A stretch of DNA of 61,704 nucleotides, counting the filler. It is 10 parts of 10 records of this genome, joined end to end, with 100 filler letters (N's around TTAATTAATTAA, not from the genome) between each part and the next. Parts side by side here need not be neighbours in the genome. Positions count along the whole stretch, not along the records: positions 48,266 to 56,558 come from SRR31147125_122422; positions 56,659 to 61,704 come from SRR31147125_122537; 8 more parts are not named here. One strand, 5' to 3'. The notes beneath the pieces were generated by a model that worked only from the letters and a program-made list of their open reading frames with translations, did not search any database and was not told the origin of the DNA. The position numbers and the translations under genes are program-made. Positions within the stretch are counted from its first letter, which is position 1. Each line of letters opens with the position of its first letter. Of the stretch, positions 51,720 to 61,704 are shown in pieces.

Positions 51720-52892
51720 TCAATACTCTTTGAAGGTGTCGGCAGACCAGTGGCACACAAGCTCCAGGCGGAACTGGGCCAGCTTGATGTCAAGCAGTTT
51801 CTTAAATGAGGCATATGCGTGAATTTCCCTCCCTAGGTGGATGTCATCCCAGACAGCAAACGCACAAGAAGTCGAGCTTTCTCGGGTGTCAACTGCTCTC
51901 CACGTTCACATACAACAAAGTCATCCAACATCATCACAGATCCTATCACAAAGGGAATGTTGACTATACACAACAACACAGCAAACCAAACGCCACCTTC
52001 TCTTAGCACGGTTGGAAGGCCCAGTTTCCGCACATACGGCTCCATCGAATGAGCAAATTGAGGGATGGGTCCCTTCTAGTGAGGATGGATGGATTGTTAA
52101 GAATGTGCAACGTCGTTTCATGTGGAGAACGTACAGGGACCATCACTCGTTCAGTCGCTTCGGCACCCGATCGTGCATAGTCTTTCACTTCATAGTCACG
52201 AAAGTACCTAGCCGTCGTGTGGGGGAACAAGGACAGAGCAAGGGCGAATGGGTACGTGAGAGTGTCCTCCTCGGAGGAATTCGTGAAAAGAAGCCCACAG
52301 TCTCCAACAAGGTGCTGCCCGTCAAGAAGTGTGAGAAGGTCGACTCCTTTTTTTCCCTCAAAGTCATACGTTTGATAGCTGTGCAAGATTCGGCCTCGCT
52401 TCGTCCTCCACACTTCGTCCCAACGCTACAGCCATGACTTTGTTCTTCCCTATCCAACCTTGACCCTTGGATCTCCAGACAACCCTATCATCCCCATTCC
52501 TACGCACCAAAGAAGAACCTACGCCGTGGGTGTCAGTCAGAAACAACAAACCATCTTCACGTGTGGGTGGGTGGGTGTTGAGGTCCCCCCACCTCCAGCC
52601 TCTGTCCCTCTCCACCTTCTCGCCTCCGCGTACGCACCGTGACATGGGCTTGAGGTCAACACGCAAATCCTTTAACGCTGTGTTCCTCTGATTGTGGACC
52701 CGAAACACAAACACTCGTTCATAGGCGTCGAGACACGCGCGGATGCTCTCTACCAACTTCTCCTTGGTCGCACGACCTTTCTTGGTGGCGCGTGCCAACG
52801 TCACTGTCCACCACACCTTTTCAGGTTCACCACACCGCACCAGCACCCACAATCCCACACACACCCAATTTGTTTCTCCTCGACTTGGGCAT
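51720..52892 (-). CDS. MRT4: Ribosome assembly factor Mrt4 (uL10 family), 9 exons
   Basis: Exons 52892-52865, 52803-52638, 52518-52508, 52449-52370, 52314-52256, 52207-52135, 52075-51997, 51942-51866 and 51800-51720 total 654 nt (217 aa). All introns GT-AG. Motifs MPKSRR, SRFFFGKNKVM, GLLFTN, HSMEP..RKLGLP. Confidence 0.93.
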
Positions 52893-53020
52893 AGCAAGTG
52901 TGGAGGAGGAAGAAATGAGACACACAATGGAAAATCCAACTTTGTTTCATTTGCCCACACACGTGCAACACACAACCCCCTCACTAACAAGACCCTTTGT
53001 GATCGCTATCGCAGCTCCTT

Positions 53021-56000
53021 TCAGCACACACAGGGACAGGATGGTGTGCAGGTTGTGCACACGGGCTGAGGAACGGTCACAGGGACGTATTTGGTTTCAT
53101 GCTCGATCTTGACCTCCGCAGGGGGGCCGGTAGTGGGGCCGGAGGCGGAGGCGGAAGAGGGTTGGGCGAGGGCACGGGGCACGGACACACACACGCAACC
53201 GGCTGGGGATCCGGACGGGACATGAGTTCCTCCAAGCGCTTCTGGGCGTCAATCTGCTCCTCTTCGAATCGTTGCTCATGTTCCTCACGTTCCGCCTTAT
53301 GTTCTTCTTGCTTTTGCTCTTGTCGTTCCTGTCGCGCTTCTTCCATCGCCTTGTCTTCACGATCCATGCGCTCCTTCTCCATATCCTCTTGCCTCTTCAA
53401 CAATTCATCTTCACGTTTCTGCTCATCTTCATGCTCCTGACGTTCCTTCTCCTCCTCTTCCTTGCGCTTCTCCTCCTCTTCCTTGCGTTTCGCTTCCTCT
53501 TCCTCATCGAACTTGCGTTCGTCTTCCTTTCCTTCCTCCTCGAGCTTGGCCATCTCCTCCTCAAATTCTCCCTTCTCTTGCTCTTCCTTTGCTGCATTAT
53601 CAGCATCCTGCTTGGCTGCCTCATTCTCCGCGGCCAGTTCATCCTTCTGTTCCTCTGCCTCCCGCTCACCCTCCTTCTCCTTGGCGTTTTCCTCTGCTTC
53701 GGCCTTGGCCGCTTCGGCCTTGGCGTCCTCTTCGGCCTCCTTCGCCGCGGCCTCCTCCTTGCTCTCCTCCTCCTTCTCTTCCATGTCTTCCTTGTTCTCC
53801 TGTTGTTCTTCCTTGGCTTCTTCCTTGGCCTTGTCCTCCTCCTTGGCAGCTTCGGCTTCAGCGGCAGCTTCACCTTCCTTCGCCTCGGCCTCGGCCTCAG
53901 CCTTCTCTTCGTCGGCCTTCATCTCCCCTTCCTTCTCCTCCAATTCCGTCGCATCCTTGTTCTCCTCGGCCTTCTCTTCTTCCTTGGCTTCAGCTTCAGC
54001 AGCGGCTTCCTTGGACTCCTCCTCGGCAGCAGCCTCCTCCGCCTTGGCATTCTCTGCTGCCATGGCTTCCTCCTTCTCAGCCGCGAGTTTCTCTTCCTCG
54101 CTCATTTCCTCCTCCTTGGCCTTCTCCTTCTCCGCATCCGCCTTCTCTTCCTCCTTCATTTCTTCCTCCTTCAACTTTCCTTCCTCCTTCTCCTCCTCCA
54201 ATTTCGCCTCCGATGCAGCCTCATCCGCCTTGGCTTCGGCCTCTTCCTTGGCCTCCTCTTCCTTGGCTTCGGCCTCGTCCTTGGCCTCCTCTGCTCCGGC
54301 CTCCGCCTCCGCCTTCTGAGCCTCGGCTTGGGCAGCAGCCTCCGCCTCCTTGGCCTCGGCCTCCTTGCCCTTCTCTTCGGCTGTGGCTTCGGCAACTTGC
54401 TCGGTAGCGGCCGCCTCCTCTTGCTTCACTTCCTTCTCCTCCTCAGCTACCTTGGCCTCCTCCTCAGCGACGACTCCTTCCGCAGCAGGCGCAGCACCAG
54501 GTGCAGCGGCAGCTTCCGCCTCAGGTGCGGGAGCTTCCGCAGCAGCCTTCACGTCAGCTTCCTCTGCAGCAGCCTTCTCCTCCGCAGCAGCAGCCTCGTC
54601 CGCAATCTTCTTCTCTGTCGCCTCGGCCTCGGCCTCAGCGGCCTTCTCCTGCCCTTCCAACTTGGCCTCCTCAGCACTTTCCTTGTTGGCTTCAGCTTCC
54701 TCGGCACCCTTGGCCGCAGCCTCCTGGCCCTCCTCCTTCACTTTCTCCTCTTCCTTGGCAAGCTCTTCCTCACTCTTCGCTGTGGCATCCTTCACATCTT
54801 GTTCCTCTTGTTTCAGTTTCTCTTCCTCACCCTTGAGTTCGTTCTCCTTCTGCTCCTCGGCCATCTCAGCCTTCTTCGCGGTGTCTTTCTCCTCCTCTTG
54901 AGCCTCCTCCTTCACCTTCTTGACATCATCTTCAGCCTTCTTCTCAGCCTCTTCGGCGTCAGCCTTGGCCTTCTCCTTCTCAGTTTCCAACTCCTGTTTC
55001 TCTTCTTCAACCTTGGATTCGGCCTCCTTCTCCTCTTCATTGATCTTCTCCTCCTCCTCCTCAGAACCTCCGCCAGACTTCCCCTCCGCAGCTGCCTCTG
55101 CTTCTTTGGCGGCGTTCTCCGCCTCAGTCACCTTCTCGTCGTCGGCAGCCTTCTCGGATTCAGCAGCCTTCTCTTCCTCGGAGGCCTTCTCCTCCTCCTC
55201 CTTGGCAGCCTTTTCGGCCTCATCTACCTTTTCCTCTTCGGCAGCCTTGTCTTGGGAAACATCCTTCTGTGCCTCGTCCTTGAGTTCCTTCTCCTCGTCC
55301 TTGAGCTTTTCCTCGTTCGCAGATTCCGCCTGCTGAAGTTCTTCCTTATCCTTGGCAGCCTCTTCCTTGGCAGCCTCTTCTGCCTTCTGGGCCTTCTCGC
55401 CAGCTTCCTCTGCCTGTTTCTCCTCTTGTTCTGCATTCGCTTCCACTTCCTTGGCCTTGTCCTCGGCAGCAGCCTCGGTTTCCTTGGCCTTGTCCTCCTC
55501 CTGCTTGGCCTCCTCCTTGGCAGCTTCAGCTTCCTTCTCCGCCTCTTCCTTCGCTGCCTCGGCCTCCTTCGCGCCCTCAGCCTTCTCTGACTCCTCTTCC
55601 TTGGACCCCTCTTCCTTGGCAGCCTCCTCTGCCTTTGCTGTCTCGTCCTTGATGGCATCCTCAGCCTTCTCCTTCTCATCCTTGATCTCGTCCTCCACCT
55701 TGGCCTTCTCAGCGTTCAGCTCCTCCTCTTCCTTGTCCATATCACTCTTCTTCTTTGCCTCATCTTCCTTCTCCTTGAGTTCGTCCGAGTGTTCCTTGGC
55801 TTCTTCCTCCAGCTCCTTTTTGTGCATCTCCTCCTCTTCCTTCAGTTCATCCTTGCGTTCCTTGGCTTCCTCGTCCTTCTCCCTCCCATCAGCCTCCTTC
55901 TCCTCCTCCTTCATCTCCTCAAGCATTTCGTCGTGGCTCTTCTCTTCCTCCTCCTTGCGCTTCTCCTCTCCTTCCTTGGCTTCCTCGGCCTCTTCCTTGG

Positions 56001-56558
56001 CTTCTTCCTTGGCTTCCTCCTTCTCTTCCTCCTTACCCTCTTCTTCCTTCTCCTCCTTCTTCTCCTCGAACTCCTTCTCGGCCTCTTCATCTTCCCTCTT
56101 CTCTTCTTCCTCGTCCTTCTTCTCTTCCTCTTCCTCTTCCTTCTCCCCTTCCTTCTGTTCCTCCTTCAGTTCTTCCTTGCGTTCCTCTTCTTCCTCCCGG
56201 GCGCGTTCCTCATGTGCCTCCTCTTCCTTCTCCTCCTTCTTATCCTCCCGTTCTTCTTCCCGCTCCTCCTCCTTCTTCTCTTCCTTCTGTTCCTCCTGCT
56301 GCATATGCTGCTGTTGTTCCATTTCCTTCTCAAACTCGTGCTCATGATCCTCCTCACGCTCATGCTCTGCACACTCCTCACGTGCTCGCTCTTGTTCACG
56401 CTCATGTTCCTTTTCCATGTCTTCTTCCTTGTGCTCCATCTCCATCTCACGGGTCATCTCGGTTTGGCGTTCGCAGTTCGCCGCCTTCTCCTGGTTCTCG
56501 AACTCGTTCTCCACACCATCCAGACACCCTTCCTCTTCCTCCTTCTTCTCTTCCTCCT
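53021..56558 (-). CDS. Giant Glu/Lys/Ala-rich helical protein with a Pro/Cys-rich C-terminus; 5' truncated
   Basis: More than 1150 open codons dominated by GAG/AAG/GCN. One extra C in the run at 53121-53126 extends the tail to ...KYVPVTVPQPVCTTCTPSCPCVC* (stop at 53021). Confidence 0.75.
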
Positions 56559-56658
56559 NNNNNNNNNNNNNNNNNNNNNNNNNNNNNNNNNNNNNNNNNN
56601 NNTTAATTAATTAANNNNNNNNNNNNNNNNNNNNNNNNNNNNNNNNNNNNNNNNNNNN

Positions 56659-57158
56659 TTTAGATCCTCCATGGTTCTGACCGCTTTGCTGGAGGTATGA
56701 ATTTGTCCCGGCGTACTGGTCAACAGCCAGAGTACCCGGGTAGCCTTGAACTCGTCTTTCAGGTATTTCTGGTAAAGGTTCCAGAATGTCTTCGATCCAT
56801 GCTCGGCGGATTTGACCAGAAATGGCAGATCCATTACCGAGGTCATCGGAAACCTGCCCGGCGTATAGGTCGGCAGCCCGAAAGCGATATCAGTAATATT
56901 GTTGATGACAGCATCGTATTGTTGCGGGGGTTTGCCCAGGGCTCCACCGGGGAAAATGGTGATCTCTATTTGGTCTCCACTCTCTTGCTTGACCTCCTGC
57001 GCCCATTCCTCCATCACTTTGTGCTGGGCATGCCTGGAAGGCATGAAGTGGGAGAGGCGCAACTCCACCGGAGCGGCAGAAAGGTTGACACTCAATCCGA
57101 TGATGAAAACGCAGGTAAAGAAAAACATGCATGGTCTGATAAATTTTTGAGTTATCAT
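56659..57158 (-). CDS. dctP: TRAP substrate-binding protein, 3' truncated
   Basis: Signal peptide, LRLSHF, FPGGALG, YTPGRFP. Confidence 0.88.
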
Positions 57159-57460
57159 CGTTTTTCCCTTTCGTTGGAGGTTGGATATAGCGGAACCATT
57201 GGTCTGATATACCGTATTGAAGCGGACTTGTAAATCCAGGGATTGGCGAGTCAGATCGCACGGGAGTATCAAGTCGCCGACAGAAAGCTCTAGGTAAAAG
57301 ATTGTTCTCTCACCGCAACTAAATATGTTACAAATATCGTCAATAATCTGAAAGGCTGTGATAATGTGAATATTGCAGCAAACAAGTAATTTATCCGGGA
57401 CAGCAACTTTCATTTGAGCACATAGCAACAAACATAAATCAAATGAGTGAGAAAAGGTAG

Positions 57461-60039
57461 ATGAATTACGCCCATTTCGAGAAGAATGAGATTGAAGGAT
57501 CGATCATCAGTCGTTTCAAGCGTGTTGCCTCTCTATTCCCCGAGCGTGTTGCCCTGCAAGCGGAGACTCGACGCATAACATATGGCGATCTGGACAGTGC
57601 CACGGATATGCTGGCGCGCTCGATTGTCTATGCGCGGGGAGGGGGATCGGAGCCCGTTGCCTTTAAAGTGGCGAGGCCCGAGGAGGAAACCATTGCAATA
57701 CTGGCCATCCTGAAAGCGGGTAAATGGTATGTGCCCTTGAGCCGTAAACTGCCTGCCGCCGAGGTGTCAGGTGTTTTGGAGAAGGCGGGCATCGGCTGCG
57801 TTGTGACGAAAGAGGACGAGCGAGAGTTTTTCAAAGAACTCGATGTTGCGGGGCTGCAGATACTGGACTTTGACGGGCATGAACGCCATCCGTCAGATAG
57901 TGCCGTTCAGCTTTTACCGGAAACCATGGCTGCGGCATATTTCACCTCGGGGTCTACCGGAGAGCCTAAGGGCGTTCTCTGGGACCATCGGACCGTCCTT
58001 CATATGGCGTGGATCAATATCGGGCATTTTCCCATCGACATGGATGACCGCCATGCTCTAATTTTTTCGCTGACCGCCGCAGCATCGGGGCCGTGTCTGT
58101 TCGGAACCCTTCTTGCTGGTGCTGCATTGCATATATTTGATGCTGCGCAGGGAGATCTGGGCACGTTGGAGGCATGGGTGCGCGAGCAACGAATATCGAT
58201 TTTCTACAGCCCCGTGTCCCTGTTGAGAAAACTGCTGAACGAGCGGTCTGGGACATTCGATCTTCGGATCTGCGCATGGTTGTCGTTGGGGGGGCACCGC
58301 TCTTCGGCAGTGACGTAACCAAATTTCGAGAAAAATTCTCTGACTCTGCCCGATTGGTCAACCGGATGGCTATGAGCGAGGTCGGTGGACTCACGTATTA
58401 TCATATTGGAGCCGACTTCAAAACATCAGATAATATCGTGCCTGTCGGCTACCCGGTCGAGGATAAGGAGATTTGTCTTGTCGACGGTTCAGGGAAGCCG
58501 GTCAAAGATGGAAAAATTGGTGAAATCGTAGTGAAAAGCCGATTCCTGTCATCCGGATATTTGGGTGACGACGAACTGACGGCGGCCAGGTTCAAGCCGG
58601 GGTCTGATGGGGACGGTAGTCGAGTGTTTCTGACAGGCGATCTGGGAAGGATGTTGTCGGACGGGTGCCTGCTCCATATGGGGAGAAAGGATTTTGCGTT
58701 GAAAATCAGAGGGTATCGCGTCGAACTCGGGGCTGTGGAGCGGGCAATCAACGATCTTGATACGATACGGGAATGTGCGGTGGTTGCCTGTAATCAGACA
58801 GGGGGCGACGAAAAATATCTGGCTGCCTATTTTACCGCCTCAACGACCAAACCCCCAACTCAGGCAGACCTGAGACAACGGCTCGCTGAAACGCTTCCCG
58901 AATATATGATCCCCTCTATATTCGTCCAACTGGAAACGTTTCCTCTTACCCATACGGGAAAAATAGACCGCACTGCGCTGCCCGAACCGAATCGCACGAG
59001 ACCTGATGTGGGGAGAGCGTATCGTGGCCCGCACTCAACTGCAGAGGTGACGCTGGTTGGCATGTTTGAGGAGACACTCGATATGTCAGGTATCGGAATA
59101 GATGATGATTTTTTCGATCTGGGCGGCAACTCCCTGCAGGCTATGGAGTTGCACCAGAAGGTGGAAATGGGCTTCATCATTCAGATTCCCATCCAGACAC
59201 TTTTCAATGATGCAACTGTTGCGGGGATGTCTGCCTGCATTGATGCGCACAGGATGACAAAGGGCGGAGGCGGTTCCTGTCGGGATGCTCTGCTCCCGCT
59301 TCGCTCCAATGGAACGAAAGCGGCTTTTTTCCTTATTCATGGAAAAAACGGGCAGGCATTTGCGAGCCCCCACTTTCTGAAAATCCTCGGGAGCGAACAG
59401 CCGGTTTACGCATTTCAAGCTTCAGGGTTGAACAGGTCGTGGCACCGGTTCCCCTCGATTAGGAAAATGGCGGTACAATATATTGCAGCGATGCGAGAGG
59501 TTCAGCCTGAGGGCCCCTATTTTCTTGGTTCGACATGTGCGGGAAGCGTCGTGTCTATTGAAATGGCACATCAACTGATCGAGCAGGGTGAACAGGTTCG
59601 TCCGTTGATAATGATTGACCCTCCTTTGAGGATAAGAAGAAAGAATTCCGGGATCGCCCGGTTGCGGCATTACTATAATCTCATGAGGCACCGAAGATTA
59701 TTGTATGAAGAATGGGAGAAACGGTTTGATATGCGCAGCAAGGAAGGACGAATCCAGCTTGATTCATCAGATGCAGAGGCGATTCTGGCTGCGACCAGTT
59801 CTGCACTGAGCTTTGATCTTGCTTTGAAAACGTACTCCATTCCTCCGTATGACGGGAAAGTTTTGATGTTAAGCAGCAGGGAGCGCCTCTCAAGGGGGCT
59901 GGAGTATGCGAAAAAATATTTAACGGGGGAACTGCAGACCTGTGAAGTGTGTTCCCTGCATCTTGAGATTCATGAACCGGACAATGAGGTTTTCGCTCGC
60001 GAAATTAAAAAATGCATGGAGATTTCGTTACGTGATTGA
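57461..60039 (+). CDS. Stand-alone NRPS-like enzyme A-PCP-TE (one frameshift near 58264)
   Basis: YFTSGSTGEPKG, TGDLG, GRKD..KIRGYRVELG, TGKIDR; PCP DFFDLGGNSL; TE PYFLGSTCAG..D..H. Confidence 0.9.
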
Positions 60040-60099
60040 GAGTAAATGGCGAACTCACCTCTGAATCAGGGCCGCTTGCTCCGGTTACCGAATAGAAAA

Positions 60100-61197
60100 T
60101 CAACCGTACAGGTTGAGCGCTTTTGTGATTTCCTCAAGATCGTGCTTCAAGTGTTGTCGTATCCGGGTACGGCAATCGGTGTCAAGTGCTTTGCCGGCTG
60201 ATAATTTTGACATAATATCAATGTCATAATAACGTAGTGCGTTCGACAGTATGAAAACCTCATCGATAAGGTCGGGGGTACCGGCAGGGGAGGTGGCATC
60301 ACACACATTGTCTGAACCAAGCCGCACGTGTACTCCCGCAGCAAGCATTTCAAGGATACGCGCAATCGAATTGAACGTTGGTGTATTGAGTGGGCGATAC
60401 TGACGCATGCTCAATGCCGCGGACGGGCAGCAGATCACGCCGATATTCAGGTCTACGAATGCCTCTACCAGTCGTGAGAACCTCCTCTCTTCATATGTTG
60501 ATGGTGAGATGACGTGTACTAACCAGACCTGCGGCTCTCCGTTTTTACGTCTTAACTCAAGATCTCGTAGTGATTGAATCACCAGCTCCGAGGCGTTTTC
60601 CCTCGGATCGTTGCGTTGATCAACGTGGATATGTACCGGCTTGCCGATGGTGTCTGCAAGTTGCAAAATTCGTCGGCAATGCTCTTGGAACCCGATATGA
60701 TCAGGGTAGAGTTGTTGATCATCCCGTTCCGGGAGCGAGCCGATAAAGTGTGCATGACGGGCCGCTTCCTCCAGTAGTTCCCATCGTTCGGGTTGTTGAT
60801 CGGTAAAACCAAGAGGCGAGTAGGCTCCAACCTGGAAGTCAAGCACGCCGGCAAACTCTGAGGACAGTTCCAGAAACGTTTCGAACGCTGTGGTCCCCAC
60901 CCGGTCATGTGTTACATCAACAAGGCTGTCAGCGCGGGTCGTACCGCATGCGACCATAGTTTCCAGATAGCCCTGAACACGCCTCCTGAGCTCATCTGAA
61001 TCATAGCTGGCACTCTCGTGAATATCGGAAATTAACCCATGTTTCGCAGCTATCGAGAGATGACTGGCCGTTGCCATTTCCAATCCGTTGATCTTGAGTG
61101 TACCAGCTCTATCCAGGTGGAGATGAGCATTGTGTATGCCGCCAAGACGCTGGACCTCCTTTCTCAAAGTCTTGAAATAGGGGGAACAACTGGTCAT
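60100..61197 (-). CDS. Metal-dependent amidohydrolase, cytosine deaminase (CodA)-like
   Basis: NAHLHLDRA, HIHVDQ, LVH, LGSDN; GGAG RBS before the ATG at 61197. Confidence 0.8.
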   Translation of the reverse strand: MTSCSPYFKTLRKEVQRLGGIHNAHLHLDRAGTLKINGLEMATASHLSIAAKHGLISDIHESASYDSDELRRRVQGYLETMVACGTTRADSLVDVTHDRVGTTAFETFLELSSEFAGVLDFQVGAYSPLGFTDQQPERWELLEEAARHAHFIGSLPERDDQQLYPDHIGFQEHCRRILQLADTIGKPVHIHVDQRNDPRENASELVIQSLRDLELRRKNGEPQVWLVHVISPSTYEERRFSRLVEAFVDLNIGVICCPSAALSMRQYRPLNTPTFNSIARILEMLAAGVHVRLGSDNVCDATSPAGTPDLIDEVFILSNALRYYDIDIMSKLSAGKALDTDCRTRIRQHLKHDLEEITKALNLYG

Positions 61198-61240
61198 AAA
61201 TGTCTCCTGCTGTGCGTTTGAATATGAAAGCTCAGAAGTT

Positions 61241-61704
61241 TTATCGTCGCGTTTGGTCGATGACCTGTCGCCAGAGTTTATGAAATACAGGCACGGAGCG
61301 AAAAAGCAACCAACTATACCGTGACAGGTGTGCACCAAAGGATGACGATGGCGGCTCGCCCTGCATGAAAAGGGATACCTGAGACCACAGGGTCTCGATG
61401 TGGGGCGAAACAAAAAAATTACCGTGACTGCCACTCGTCCAGTCCACCCAGGGACGGCTGTGAAACTTCCGATCCCATCCTGGATAGCCCCAATTAAAAC
61501 AGGAAGTTGCGAGATCTCTACTGTTCCTGCCTATGAGGATCTGCTGCCTGGCATGTAGTTGTTGTGCCTCTGGCCTAAAGAAATCAACCAGGCAGAGACC
61601 ACTGGGGGAACAACCTGATTTTTCCAGTATTACAGCCATTTCGATGGCCACATCAGCACCTCGGCAATTCCCACCTATAAAAACGGTCCATCTGGAAAGA
61701 TATG
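61241..61704 (-). CDS. C-terminal thioesterase domain of a second NRPS-like gene (runs off the window)
   Basis: PDGPF[F]IGGNCRGADVAIEMA...LCLVD...GSHGNFF. Confidence 0.7.
   Translation of the reverse strand, partial: YLSRWTVFIGGNCRGADVAIEMAVILEKSGCSPSGLCLVDFFRPEAQQLHARQQILIGRNSRDLATSCFNWGYPGWDRKFHSRPWVDWTSGSHGNFFVSPHIETLWSQVSLFMQGEPPSSSFGAHLSRYSWLLFRSVPVFHKLWRQVIDQTRR

Noticed and set aside
48266-53020. Alternative genetic code in the eukaryotic contig
   Set aside because: In-frame stops are explained by short introns; MRT4 splices to an intact 217-aa ORF under the standard code.
53272-56610. Long Leu/Phe-rich and Ser-rich ORFs on the plus strand
   Set aside because: Antisense shadows of the GAG/AAG/GCN-rich minus-strand gene.
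57159-57431. N-terminal extension of the dctP ORF
   Set aside because: AT-rich divergent promoter region; the signal peptide and RBS support the ATG at 57158.
1-61704. tRNA, rRNA, CRISPR arrays, transposases, phage or defence genes
   Set aside because: None recognised on either strand by inspection.

Overview
The window is not one genome. It is ten unrelated contigs joined by 100-bp linkers (N44-TTAATTAATTAA-N44), i.e. a concatenated metagenome assembly, probably from an anoxic community (inference). Single-base losses in homopolymer runs frameshift many genes, so most split ORFs are probably sequencing errors. Contigs: (1) 1-5862, deltaproteobacterial-like OM beta-barrel + secreted protein + two TPR proteins, resembling the Agl/Glt-like envelope cluster; (2) 5963-11192, MATE pump, MFS remnant, metal/B12 binding protein, CbiK and a fused ABC ATPase; (3) 11293-18595, clostridial-like Kelch protein, truncated galM, sugar ABC ATPase, galE/K/T and a GH51-like hydrolase; (4) 18696-23920, comF, bamA, mfd; (5) 24021-31303, three transketolase genes divergent from lacI-TRAP, with two long palindromic operators; (6) 31404-37482, sdhCAB, HD protein, tolQRA; (7) 37583-42988, RND efflux system whose TolC carries a solute-binding-like domain; (8) 43089-48165, tctA end, enolase-superfamily dehydratase, DUF3237, TRAP; (9) 48266-56558, a compact, intron-dense eukaryotic contig (ERF4-like gene, FRA10AC1, MRT4, giant E/K/A protein with a Cys/Pro tail); (10) 56659-61704, dctP and two convergent NRPS-like genes, both with Cys-nucleophile thioesterases, flanking a CodA-like amidohydrolase with Gln in place of the catalytic Glu. 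The best candidates for new biology are contigs 10, 1, 5, 9 and 7. All family assignments come from motifs recognised by eye; no searches were run.
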